Part shown: positions 17,075 through 26,032 of the stretch, piece by piece
How positions within the stretch are numbered: the stretch's first letter is position 1
How the letters are laid out: each line of letters begins with the position of its first letter
IMG/VR virus record: IMGVR_UViG_3300046495_000014
Coordinates: 1-64,000 of that record
Direction: 5' to 3' (one strand)
Length of the DNA: 64,000 nt
DNA from: a virus
Lineage: Duplodnaviria > Caudoviricetes
The notes under the pieces: model-generated
What the model saw: the letters and a program-made list of their open reading frames with translations, nothing else
Database searches by the model: none
What the model was told of the DNA's origin: nothing
Made by a program: the position numbers and the translations under genes

Positions 17075-18631
17075 TCAGAAACACCCGATGTTCTCGACGT
17101 ACATTTCCCAGCGCACACCAGCCATACGAGCGCGATCGACCGCGGACCAGATAGCGGCCCACACTCGGCGGTTGCCTACAGGATAGCCGTCGAAGAAGTT
17201 TCCGGCGGGGAACCGGACGTCGTACGCGTTGGTGTTCCCGCGATCGTACGCGCAGCCGTATTCTCCCAGGTTTAGCGGGGGGACGCCCAGTCGGAAGTAA
17301 CCGCGGAAATGGGCAAGATCCAACGCGACCTTGTTCCGATTCTGCGCCGTGAGCGGTAGATCGTACGCGTAATTCACAGCCGGGTTCTGCGGGACGTTCG
17401 CCGACGATCCCGCGTCGTAAAACATCCCGGGGAGTAACCGCGATCCGACCTGACGGAAACAGCACGCCGACTTGTACGGCGCCAAGATCTGGTTCGCGGT
17501 TCGTCGAATCGCGTTCGGGGATACGACGTCCGCCGGGTTACCGACGCGCAGTCGGTAGGATTCGTCCCCTTCAGCCGATGCCCGGGACACATTCCGTTCG
17601 AACCCTAGTTCGTCCAGCATCCCAGCGCGTCCACCGGTCGGCGCCGCGTCGTTCGTAACGACCACGGACAAGTCGTCGGTCCAATTCTGGAACCGCCACG
17701 CAGCTACGCCCGCGGTCGTCGGCTGTTGGATCGTCGCGTTGATCGTAAACCCGGCGCCCGACGTCAGTCCGATGATTCCGAACGCGGACGTGAACGGATT
17801 GATTTCGGGACTGTCGACGTCGATCGCTAAGTAATCGGCGTTGCTAGCGAGCACGAGGCCCGACGCGCCGGACGTTAGCTGCACGACGCGTTCCCCTACC
17901 GCGAACGGTCCGCCCGCGGTTACGCCGCGGAAGACCGCGAAGTGGTCCAGTTCGATTACGACCGGGGCGCCGCCGACGAACTGGCGGATCTGCCGCAGCT
18001 GGCCTGCCATCGGTCCCGAGTCGAACGCGATCATCCCGCGAACATGGAGCGGATCCAACTGCGAGCCCGCGCCCGTCGTCGTCTGGAACTGCGTTCCCGT
18101 TCCCGTAGCGAATCCTGTGTTCGACAGGCCGTCGCCGCGCTGCGCGAATTCCGAGATCGTCCCGGGTAACGGCTGGTTGTATCCGGTTCCGGGGCGATAC
18201 GAAACGGCCGGGATCGTAATGGTCGCCGATCCCGGTAACAGCGCCCGGCGCGCCGTCAGTACGTACTTGCGCCCCGTCCGGAAGATCTGCGCCCCGTCCG
18301 GACCGTAGTCGGTCGTGCTGTGCAAGATCGTCGTCCCGGCTTCTAGTACCAAGAATCGATCCAGGTTCGTCGTGCGATTGAATCGCAACAGGACGTCGGC
18401 GGGTCGTTCACCCGACGCCGGGGCGTTAGTTTGTCCCGACCACGGGAATATGTACATCGCTTGAGTCGTCGTATCGACGGCAGCGGACGCCCGTTCGCAC
18501 TGCGCCATCGACTGTTCGATGGCCTCGATCGGCGCGTCTTTCGATTCGACGATCGGCCGCCAATACCCGTCGGCCATTACGTCGCGCCACAGCGCCTGGA
18601 AGTCTTCGCGTAGTAAAGGGCCGGATGTCAC
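17075..18631 (-). CDS. Baseplate wedge subunit (P2 gpI/Mu gp48 position)
   Basis: Directly after baseplate J; LDELGFERNVSRASAEGDESYRLRV motif. Confidence 0.6.
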   Translation of the reverse strand: MTSGPLLREDFQALWRDVMADGYWRPIVESKDAPIEAIEQSMAQCERASAAVDTTTQAMYIFPWSGQTNAPASGERPADVLLRFNRTTNLDRFLVLEAGTTILHSTTDYGPDGAQIFRTGRKYVLTARRALLPGSATITIPAVSYRPGTGYNQPLPGTISEFAQRGDGLSNTGFATGTGTQFQTTTGAGSQLDPLHVRGMIAFDSGPMAGQLRQIRQFVGGAPVVIELDHFAVFRGVTAGGPFAVGERVVQLTSGASGLVLASNADYLAIDVDSPEINPFTSAFGIIGLTSGAGFTINATIQQPTTAGVAAWRFQNWTDDLSVVVTNDAAPTGGRAGMLDELGFERNVSRASAEGDESYRLRVGNPADVVSPNAIRRTANQILAPYKSACCFRQVGSRLLPGMFYDAGSSANVPQNPAVNYAYDLPLTAQNRNKVALDLAHFRGYFRLGVPPLNLGEYGCAYDRGNTNAYDVRFPAGNFFDGYPVGNRRVWAAIWSAVDRARMAGVRWEMYVENIGCF

Positions 18632-18687
18632 TCACCGAAGGTAACACGCGTCCCCCGCGTCGTCATCGATCGCCGACCGTCGGCGGC

Positions 18688-19791
18688 TTAGACGAACGAT
18701 ACGTTTTCGGGTCGGATCCGCAGCGTTCGCCCCTGGATCGGAACTATGTCGCCAACCGGATCGACGATCGTGTCCTGACGCGGAATCAGTCCCGAGGTTT
18801 GGAACCGAGCCAGGACCGACCGCAAGTTGGCTACGTACAGCGGTTGCCCGATCCCCAGGCTGTTCACGTAGTCGACGACCGCGTTGAGTACTTCGAGGGT
18901 TAGCGTCGACGTGTCAACGCCCGCCGTAAACGTCAGGTGAAGCGTCAGCCGATCGATGATCTGCGGGATCCCGCCCGACAACAGGACGTACACCCCGGCG
19001 CCGCGCCATTCGTCCAGTTCAATATCCACAGACGCTTCGAGGGCCTTCGAACTAACCCCGGACGAATCCGACACGGCGAGCTGAACCAGTCGCGCCGGCA
19101 TCCCGTTGTCCAGGACTTCCAACGCCATCGCCGATTCGATACCCGGTACGGTTCGCGCGCCGTACTCGATCGCGCCCAGCGTCCCGCGGGACATCGCCCG
19201 CCAGAAGTCTCGGATGCGTTCGCGGAACACGTCGTCGGATTCTCGAGGTTCCCCGCCCGCCGCCGCCGTCGGATTCGAAATGATGATCGACGGATCGAAC
19301 AGCGTCCCCGCGGACGGCTTGCGAATCGCGTTCGCGCCCACCTGGAAGTCTTTCCCAGCCTGCACCGCCCGCGCGTAAACGCTAGCCGATACGGTCGTCC
19401 CGCTAAATAGCGCGGTCTGCGTCGTAACGTATTCAATCCCCGTCGTCGTGATGAACTTCCGCCCCGATTCGACGTTACCCGAACCGACGCCAGTCGACGA
19501 CCGCGCGAAGTTCAGGATCGTGCGAGCCGGTGACGCGCCCTTGCGCAACAGCCGATAACGGTCGAACCCCCAGCGATCCAGGTCTTCGCCTTCGCAGCCG
19601 TCCAGGAACAGCGCGTTCATGCGCTCGCCCAACTGCCGCTGAACCGCGAACGTCATGAACGACGTCGAACCGACCATCAGATTGACGTCCGACCCTTCGA
19701 TGTCGATTTGCGCTGGGTCGATTCGCTTAGCGCGCGATCGTACGTACTGGCGCCCGATCTCGTAATAATCTAGCCGGGTTAGGTTATCCAT
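18688..19791 (-). CDS. Baseplate J/gp47 family protein
   Basis: EGEDLDRWGFDRYRLLRK, AAAGGEPRESDDVFRERIR, GTLGAIEYGARTVPGI. Confidence 0.88.
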   Translation of the reverse strand: MDNLTRLDYYEIGRQYVRSRAKRIDPAQIDIEGSDVNLMVGSTSFMTFAVQRQLGERMNALFLDGCEGEDLDRWGFDRYRLLRKGASPARTILNFARSSTGVGSGNVESGRKFITTTGIEYVTTQTALFSGTTVSASVYARAVQAGKDFQVGANAIRKPSAGTLFDPSIIISNPTAAAGGEPRESDDVFRERIRDFWRAMSRGTLGAIEYGARTVPGIESAMALEVLDNGMPARLVQLAVSDSSGVSSKALEASVDIELDEWRGAGVYVLLSGGIPQIIDRLTLHLTFTAGVDTSTLTLEVLNAVVDYVNSLGIGQPLYVANLRSVLARFQTSGLIPRQDTIVDPVGDIVPIQGRTLRIRPENVSFV

Positions 19792-19801
19792 TGTGGGGTC
19801 C

Positions 19802-20692
19802 TCAAATCGGAACTGGAACGGTGTAATCGGTTACGACGCCGATCGTCGTTTTCGCATTGATCTTGTAAACGAACAACGACGGATCTTCGGTCGACTGCGA
19901 CAGGGACACGGAGACGCTAACGGTTTCCGGTTCCTGTCGGATCTGGTCTTCGGCGTCCGCCGCGATGCTGTCCGTCAGATTCGCCCGCGCCAGTCGCTTC
20001 ACCGACTGCGGGATGATTACCCCGTACGACGGCAGCGCGCGGAACGTCCCCTTCGGCGTAGTTAGTCGACGGAACACGCGCTTCTTGTACGACGTTAGTC
20101 CCTGGTCGATCCCGTAGTCGCCCGTGTCATCGACGACGAAGTGGCCGATCTGGGGTAACGACTGCGATCCGGATCCGTACGGATGACCCGCGTTCGTAGC
20201 GGTCCCGCCGTACTGAGGATTGGCGATGTCCCTGTTTCCGATCAGCATGTCCATCGACAACGCAGGCGTCCCCAGCTGCACGCCGGTAAACGTGAACGAC
20301 GCTTGCGTGGGATCGAGGTTGGTTGATAAATCCGCCGACTTTAGGTCCACGACCGTGATCGTGTACGACGAACCAGTTGGCGACATCGGGCGGTCCAACC
20401 AGACGTCGATCTGCGTTCCGTCTCCCGGTACCGCCTGCACAGCCGCGACGTTCACAGGTCGGGTCGGGTTCCCGTCGATCCCGATCGCTGCCGGATCGGC
20501 GGCTATCGCGTACCGCTGCACGAACGCCGCGTCGGGCGGGTCGTGCCAGCGGCTGTAATACACTGGTTGGTCGAACGTCAGGCGAACCACGTTTTCGCGT
20601 ACCGCTTCCGCGAGTACTAACGCCATCAGCGTAGTCGTCGACCCGCCAGCGCCGAACGGAACCGCGCCGAACGGGCCTAGCCCCCAAGACAT
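19802..20692 (-). CDS. Baseplate wedge gp25/gpW-like protein with N-terminal Ig-like domain
   Basis: GDYGIDQGLTSYKKRVFRRLTTPKGTFRALPSYG; position before J. Confidence 0.7.
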   Translation of the reverse strand: MSWGLGPFGAVPFGAGGSTTTLMALVLAEAVRENVVRLTFDQPVYYSRWHDPPDAAFVQRYAIAADPAAIGIDGNPTRPVNVAAVQAVPGDGTQIDVWLDRPMSPTGSSYTITVVDLKSADLSTNLDPTQASFTFTGVQLGTPALSMDMLIGNRDIANPQYGGTATNAGHPYGSGSQSLPQIGHFVVDDTGDYGIDQGLTSYKKRVFRRLTTPKGTFRALPSYGVIIPQSVKRLARANLTDSIAADAEDQIRQEPETVSVSVSLSQSTEDPSLFVYKINAKTTIGVVTDYTVPVPI

Positions 20693-20732
20693 TGGTTGGT
20701 GCTCCTAGTCACCCGACCATCGTATCACGTCG

Positions 20733-21038
20733 TCACAAGGCGCCGAATTCCGGATCGACATCCGGATCTTCCCCGGTCGACTGTCGCCCGCCGCCGAATG
20801 CGAACTTCGCTTCGAACGGGTCGCTCAAGTCGCAGTTCAGCGCCAAGAAGAAGTTGAACTTGGGCGGAAAGTCGAACGGGGGGAACTTCGGTAGAACGAA
20901 CTTGAAGTTGAACGCGAACGTCGGAAATCCGAACCCACAGATGCTCGCGCCCGAAGGCGACGGCTTGAACCCGGCGTCGGCCTGCACTGCGTCCTGTTCG
21001 GCGGGAGGGGGTAAGTCTAGGGGTGGTGCGGCGCCCAT
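20733..21038 (-). CDS. Small Phe/Pro-rich protein after spike gene
   Basis: CGFGFPTFAFNFKFVLPKFPPFDFPPKFNFF; TAGGCT-N6-ATG. Confidence 0.55.
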   Translation of the reverse strand: MGAAPPLDLPPPAEQDAVQADAGFKPSPSGASICGFGFPTFAFNFKFVLPKFPPFDFPPKFNFFLALNCDLSDPFEAKFAFGGGRQSTGEDPDVDPEFGAL

Positions 21039-21042
21039 CGCG

Positions 21043-22044
21043 TTAGCCTACCAGGAAACCGGAACAGCCGAGCCCCGGCATCAGCTGGATCCCTACCGCG
21101 GGAGGTTTCGGGGTCGGCAACGCGAACATCGCCATAATCGCTGCCGCGGTCAACGGCGTACCGGCCAACCCCGCTTTCGTAGCGGCTACGATCCCCGCCA
21201 ACGACACGTCCAAGTTGGCCGTAGTTATCCCCAACAACGTGCCGTACTGCGCCAGGAACGACGACAACAGCGTCACGACCGACTCGGCCGTGGCTACGTG
21301 CTCTGCTGGTTGGTTACCGGACGTTCCCAAAACGAACGTCCCCGGAACCAAGATTGTGTTCGGGTCGTTCGGACTGTCGCTCAACTGCATGTAAGCCGAA
21401 CCCATTTGCATGATGTACTGCTTACCGGTCAACGATAGTTGCAGCACGGCGTTACCGTCGCCCGACACATACCCGAAGACGTCGGCGGATACCTGGAACG
21501 CGTTTTTTTCCCCGTCCCGTAACGTCACCACGCCGTTCAAGTCGATCGACAGGAACGCGCCAGTCGGGGCTGACCTAAACATGATGGGGCCGGCGGTTTC
21601 CTCGATGAACGGCGTGCGTCGTCGTCGGAACGCGAACGTGTTCGTCGTCGGATCCTGGCCCGCCACCGAATCCATCGGGAACCGGTCGAACGCGTTGTTC
21701 AGTCGCCCGATGATTACGGGCCCCGCCGCTTCGTTCCCAGACGGTAGCGCCACCAGTACTTCGTCGCCCTTCACGAACGGGTGGTATTCCCCTTCCCCGT
21801 TACCCGCGATGACAGACGACAGCCGGCAATGCACTTCGTTCCGCGAGGGCATCAGCATTACGCACACCATCGGCTGACCAAGCTCCGCGTCGAACGTAAC
21901 GATGTCCTTCGGATCGGTAGCGTGTACCAGGCCGTACGAAATCCATTGGCGCGGATCGATACCGGGCCGCGCCATCCCCGCTGCCGCCGTCGCCGAATCC
22001 AGCGGTCGAACTACTTTCCGAACGGTCGATGTCGTCCTGCTCAT
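21043..22044 (-). CDS. Baseplate central spike (gpV/gp45-like)
   Basis: OB-fold motif GEYHPFVKGDEVLVALPSGN followed by beta-strand repeats. Confidence 0.8.
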   Translation of the reverse strand: MSRTTSTVRKVVRPLDSATAAAGMARPGIDPRQWISYGLVHATDPKDIVTFDAELGQPMVCVMLMPSRNEVHCRLSSVIAGNGEGEYHPFVKGDEVLVALPSGNEAAGPVIIGRLNNAFDRFPMDSVAGQDPTTNTFAFRRRRTPFIEETAGPIMFRSAPTGAFLSIDLNGVVTLRDGEKNAFQVSADVFGYVSGDGNAVLQLSLTGKQYIMQMGSAYMQLSDSPNDPNTILVPGTFVLGTSGNQPAEHVATAESVVTLLSSFLAQYGTLLGITTANLDVSLAGIVAATKAGLAGTPLTAAAIMAMFALPTPKPPAVGIQLMPGLGCSGFLVG

Positions 22045-23843
22045 ACGCCCTCGTCGATTACCACATTGACCGGTCCGGTCCCCGCGGTTTCCGCCGACTG
22101 AACGTCGGACGGTGAAATCTGCTCGTCGGCGTCCAGTTCCTGATCGTTCCGGATTTCGATGTAGTTCATGGCTTCCAGATCGATAGTCACGCCGCTCGAT
22201 TCCATATCCCAGTCGAGGCCAACCGTCTTGCAGCGGAACGTAGAAACCAAGCCGACGTTCCGGATCGCCTGCGAATACGCTTCCGCGAACGCCGCCGAAT
22301 ACCCCAGGCCAGTCAGGTATTCGCGAGGACGATCGCGCATCTGCGCCTGGATGTCCCCGAGCGTCGTACTGCGATTCGAGTCCGTCGGGGTCGTCGTCAT
22401 CTCGATGTCCAGTGCGTCGCCGGGCATCAGATCTAACGCGTCCGGATCGAGGTTACCACCGCCGAAACTGGCCAGATTCTTGGTTATGCAGCGAACTTCC
22501 AGTTCGGCGCGCCCCTGCGATTCGTAGGTAGACTGGGCCAGAATCCGTGCCGTCTTTTCGTCCTTGATCTCGGGCCGAGTAACGACCCACCAGGTCTGTT
22601 CGTTCTGGTCCCCCGGCGACGGCTTCGACATCCGCTTCGCGACGTTCGTCGGAAACCGAGCGATGATCATCCGTTTTCTCGACGTATCGTACGACTGGAT
22701 CTCGACGTTCCTCGGAACAGACGTGGTGTACTTCCGCTTGATCTTCAATTCCGTCAAATTGTGCCCGTACACGTACAGTCGATTCGTCAGTACGCGCCCG
22801 GACGGCAGGATTCGCCCCGTGAACGGATCGTCTGGACGTCCCGCGAACCGTCGGTCGTACAACGTCCGCGGTCGCTGAACGACGATCGTCGTTCCTACCA
22901 TGCGGATATTGTGACCCACCATGCCGCACACGTCGGTGAGGTAGTCCCACACCTTTAGCTTCGACGCCGCTCCGCCACCGCCCGCTGCGCCGCCGCCGCC
23001 CGTTGGCGTAGGTCCGCGGTTGGGCTGCCCCGCGTGTTTCTGCACCGCCGCGCCCAACGTCGGTATCTTCGACGCGTCGATCTTGGGAGCGTACGCCACG
23101 GACAGTCCCTGGAACTGCGGGAAGTTCGCCAGATAGTTCGCGATCGCCTGGTCGATCCGGATCTTCGGTTCGACCGTCAGTTGAGGGGGGGCGTCCTGGT
23201 CTAGTAGCAACCGGGTGTTATCAGTGCATTCGATCTGCACCGCTAGCGATTCGTTTTCCGGGAACATCGCTTCGTGATCGTCGATCCATCCCTCGAATCG
23301 TAGGTTCGTTCGCTGCCGCCCGTACGCGTCCACGTAGTCGTCCGGAACCACGTGTCGAGGCGTAGCGTTCCCGACGCTATCGGTTCGAGTCTCCCCCGCG
23401 ATCCCTCGCTGGTAATCGTCAGCCGTAACGCAGCCCAAGTAATACTGGACGGCGATCGATCGGATACAGCGCGGATCGATAGGCAGATCGACGAACGGGA
23501 TGGTCAACGATAGGTTCGACGCCGTTCGCATCCCGTTTCGGCGTAACGTCGCCCGCGCCGGAATGATGCCGTCGACGTAATGCGTGAACCCGTCTTCCGA
23601 CGCCGTTTGCTGTTGCGGGGTCCCCAGTCGGTTCGGCGACGAGCCTTCACCCTGTAAGGACCAGCCGCCGTTGACGTACGTCACAGTCAACTTCGCGTCC
23701 TTCGATTTTCCCGCCCCCTTCCGCAAGTGCGCCGGTAGTCGGGGGGGCTTGGCGATCTTCGGGTTGTTGTAATCCTCGAACCGCACGCACAGTCGCACGC
23801 GGGCCGACGGGTAGTAACTCTGATCAACGTCGTCGCTGGACAC
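22041..23843 (-). CDS. Baseplate hub (gp27/gpD/gp44-like)
   Basis: 600 aa, precedes spike; RFEGWIDDHE, LDLMPGDALDI. Confidence 0.7.
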   Translation of the reverse strand: MSSDDVDQSYYPSARVRLCVRFEDYNNPKIAKPPRLPAHLRKGAGKSKDAKLTVTYVNGGWSLQGEGSSPNRLGTPQQQTASEDGFTHYVDGIIPARATLRRNGMRTASNLSLTIPFVDLPIDPRCIRSIAVQYYLGCVTADDYQRGIAGETRTDSVGNATPRHVVPDDYVDAYGRQRTNLRFEGWIDDHEAMFPENESLAVQIECTDNTRLLLDQDAPPQLTVEPKIRIDQAIANYLANFPQFQGLSVAYAPKIDASKIPTLGAAVQKHAGQPNRGPTPTGGGGAAGGGGAASKLKVWDYLTDVCGMVGHNIRMVGTTIVVQRPRTLYDRRFAGRPDDPFTGRILPSGRVLTNRLYVYGHNLTELKIKRKYTTSVPRNVEIQSYDTSRKRMIIARFPTNVAKRMSKPSPGDQNEQTWWVVTRPEIKDEKTARILAQSTYESQGRAELEVRCITKNLASFGGGNLDPDALDLMPGDALDIEMTTTPTDSNRSTTLGDIQAQMRDRPREYLTGLGYSAAFAEAYSQAIRNVGLVSTFRCKTVGLDWDMESSGVTIDLEAMNYIEIRNDQELDADEQISPSDVQSAETAGTGPVNVVIDEGV

Positions 23844-23863
23844 GTTCCGAAGGTACCACGTCC

Positions 23864-23885
23864 GACGCCGGATCGATCCGGCGTC
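23864..23885. repeat. 22-bp palindrome, exact copy at divergent promoter
   Basis: TACCTT-N6-GTG on minus side, CATAGT-N6-ATG on plus side. Confidence 0.97.
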
Positions 23886-23902
23886 CGCGCCATAGTGCAG
23901 GC

Positions 23903-24091
23903 ATGCGAATCCTCGACGCGTACATCCAAACCACGTCCGACGACCATCTGGAAGACTTAGCCGAACCGCGATTGACCGTCACGATAGCCGTCGACGACCT
24001 AGCCGACGGCTTACGGCTACTTCAAGACATCGCCATGATGGTCAACCCGCCCGACGATCTAGACCGTCCAGAATCGCCCGAGTCGGAATGA
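23903..24091 (+). CDS. Small plus-strand hypothetical protein (62 aa)
   Basis: Palindrome-CGCGCCATAGT-N6-ATG; overlaps 3' end of convergent gene. Confidence 0.6.
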   Translation: MRILDAYIQTTSDDHLEDLAEPRLTVTIAVDDLADGLRLLQDIAMMVNPPDDLDRPESPESE

Positions 24092-25259
24092 CCAACGGCT
24101 TACCGACTGGCGGGGAAATCGAATACGCCGCCAGTCCGTTCGCCTTCGCCAGCGCGCCCGCTACCGTATCGGTCTGGTAAAACTTCATCGCGATCTTCCC
24201 CAGCGTATCGCCGGCTCGCGGTAGGTAAACGGTGATGAGATCGCCAGTCTCCATCCGATTCCCCGACGCCGCCGACTGCACCCCGGCGCTACGCCTGCGA
24301 TTGGCGGCCTTCGCCAAGTCGGCGTTTACCGATACCATCCAGTTCGCAGAATCCTGGGCCTTGCTGTAATAGGCCGCCGACCGCGTAAGCATCGACACGC
24401 GCGATCGGGTCTGCGTTTCCTCGAGAGGCGTTCGACTGATGTCGTCCAAGAAGTTGTTCGCGGTCGAGACCGCGTAGTTCGCGACGTCCAGCGCCCTACC
24501 TACCAGCGACACGGGTATGTCCCGGATCGTCAGTACCAGCGATCCTAGGTCGTGCATACGGCTCGTAACGCTATCCGCAGCCCGCGCGAAACTGTCGAAC
24601 ATTTCGAACGGCCCCTTCGCGAACTGTTCTAGCGCCCCTAACGTAAGCCGAGTGGGCGACGCCTTCAGCGCCGTATTATTCGCCGCCGTCACGCCGTCCT
24701 GCGACGCGATCGCCGCCTGGATCTTCGCGATCAGATCGAACGATACGTCTTGCAGTTTCGCCGGTTCGGAATCGCCCTTCCCGATCCACACGAACGTAGC
24801 CGACCACGCGATGTCGTCCAGATTATCCGGGCGGGCTTCGAACGTCCCTAGCCGCCCGTCCCGCACCACCTTCAGCTTCCGTTGAGGCACGGCCCCCTTC
24901 GTCGACGGCGCCGATTCGTTCGACCACGTGACGCGCAGTAGCTGGCCGCCATCGCGGATCTTTTCGAAGATCGTCCAAAGGTCGTGGGCATACCCGACGT
25001 TGTGCGGCCCGTCTTCGTCGGTCCAGGTGCAGGGGTTCCGCAGTAGCGTGACCGTCCGCCAGCTACCTTGCCAGTCCGACGGCGCTACCTTCGTGGCCAG
25101 CACCTGTTGCGACGCTCGTCGGTTCCCCGGGTAGAACTGCGTGGGCAACGTCGTTTCGCCGCCGTAGCCGGCGGGCCGTAGCGGTAGGCCCGACCCGCGC
25201 AGTTCTAACTTACGTTTCTTGCCGCTCAGTTCCTCGATCGTCAGATTGCTGGTGGCCAC
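24042..25259 (-). CDS. Tail tube initiator/baseplate protein with C-terminal LysM-like domain
   Basis: YLPRAGDTLGKIAMKFYQTDTVAGALAKANGL; follows tape measure. Confidence 0.7.
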   Translation of the reverse strand: MATSNLTIEELSGKKRKLELRGSGLPLRPAGYGGETTLPTQFYPGNRRASQQVLATKVAPSDWQGSWRTVTLLRNPCTWTDEDGPHNVGYAHDLWTIFEKIRDGGQLLRVTWSNESAPSTKGAVPQRKLKVVRDGRLGTFEARPDNLDDIAWSATFVWIGKGDSEPAKLQDVSFDLIAKIQAAIASQDGVTAANNTALKASPTRLTLGALEQFAKGPFEMFDSFARAADSVTSRMHDLGSLVLTIRDIPVSLVGRALDVANYAVSTANNFLDDISRTPLEETQTRSRVSMLTRSAAYYSKAQDSANWMVSVNADLAKAANRRRSAGVQSAASGNRMETGDLITVYLPRAGDTLGKIAMKFYQTDTVAGALAKANGLAAYSISPPVGKPLVIPTRAILDGLDRRAG

Positions 25260-25276
25260 CCCAGCAATCTATCACG

Positions 25277-25990
25277 TCAACCGGCCGCGTACCGCTTAGC
25301 CCATAGCGCTAGGGCTGGGGTCGCCTGCGGAATCGATCCAGGCGTAGGGGGGGCGGGTTGGTTCGTCTTCGCGTGGACCTGCGCCTGCGCCATCAGGGTT
25401 TCCAGGATCTCTAGTTTCTCTTTGATGTGGAGCCCCGCTTGCGCGATGCCGTCCGCGTCTTCGTCCTTCGCCGCCGCCGTAGCTTCCTTCATCAGCGATT
25501 CGATCTCGTCGATGTAATCGCCGGCTTCGTCTTTCAGATCCTCGATCGACTCGGGATCGCCGCCCTGGTCTTCCGACGCTTTCGCCTGATCGATCAGTTC
25601 GTCGAACTTGTCAGCGTACCCTTCAGCCGCCGACGCGACGGACTGGACCTGCGACAACAGCCCTTCGAAGTTCTCCGTGCCTTCGTCGGCTTCCTGCGCC
25701 TGTTCGTCGTCCGATTCGTTCGCTTCGTCTTCCAAGGTTTCGTCGTCTTCGCTGTGGTTCACTGGATTGTCTCCCGGTTGCGGTTCTATCGCAGGCGTAT
25801 CCGTATCCGTGTCCACGGACGCGTTCGGATCGGTTTCGATCATCGATTCGTCCCCAGCGCCCGCCGACCATTCCGCAGCGACGTCGCACAAGTCGGTGAT
25901 GTCGGCTTCCGACAGCGAATCCAAAACGTCCGTCAACGGACCTGCGACGCCTGAAGATTGGGTTAGGGCGGGGAGCACTGGCATGGACAT
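25277..25990 (-). CDS. Highly acidic hypothetical protein
   Basis: About 57 D/E versus about 10 K/R in 237 aa (hand count). Confidence 0.7.
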   Translation of the reverse strand: MSMPVLPALTQSSGVAGPLTDVLDSLSEADITDLCDVAAEWSAGAGDESMIETDPNASVDTDTDTPAIEPQPGDNPVNHSEDDETLEDEANESDDEQAQEADEGTENFEGLLSQVQSVASAAEGYADKFDELIDQAKASEDQGGDPESIEDLKDEAGDYIDEIESLMKEATAAAKDEDADGIAQAGLHIKEKLEILETLMAQAQVHAKTNQPAPPTPGSIPQATPALALWAKRYAAG

Positions 25991-26032
25991 AATCGACCTC
26001 GGGAAAACACTAGCACAGACCGGCCGCCGCTA

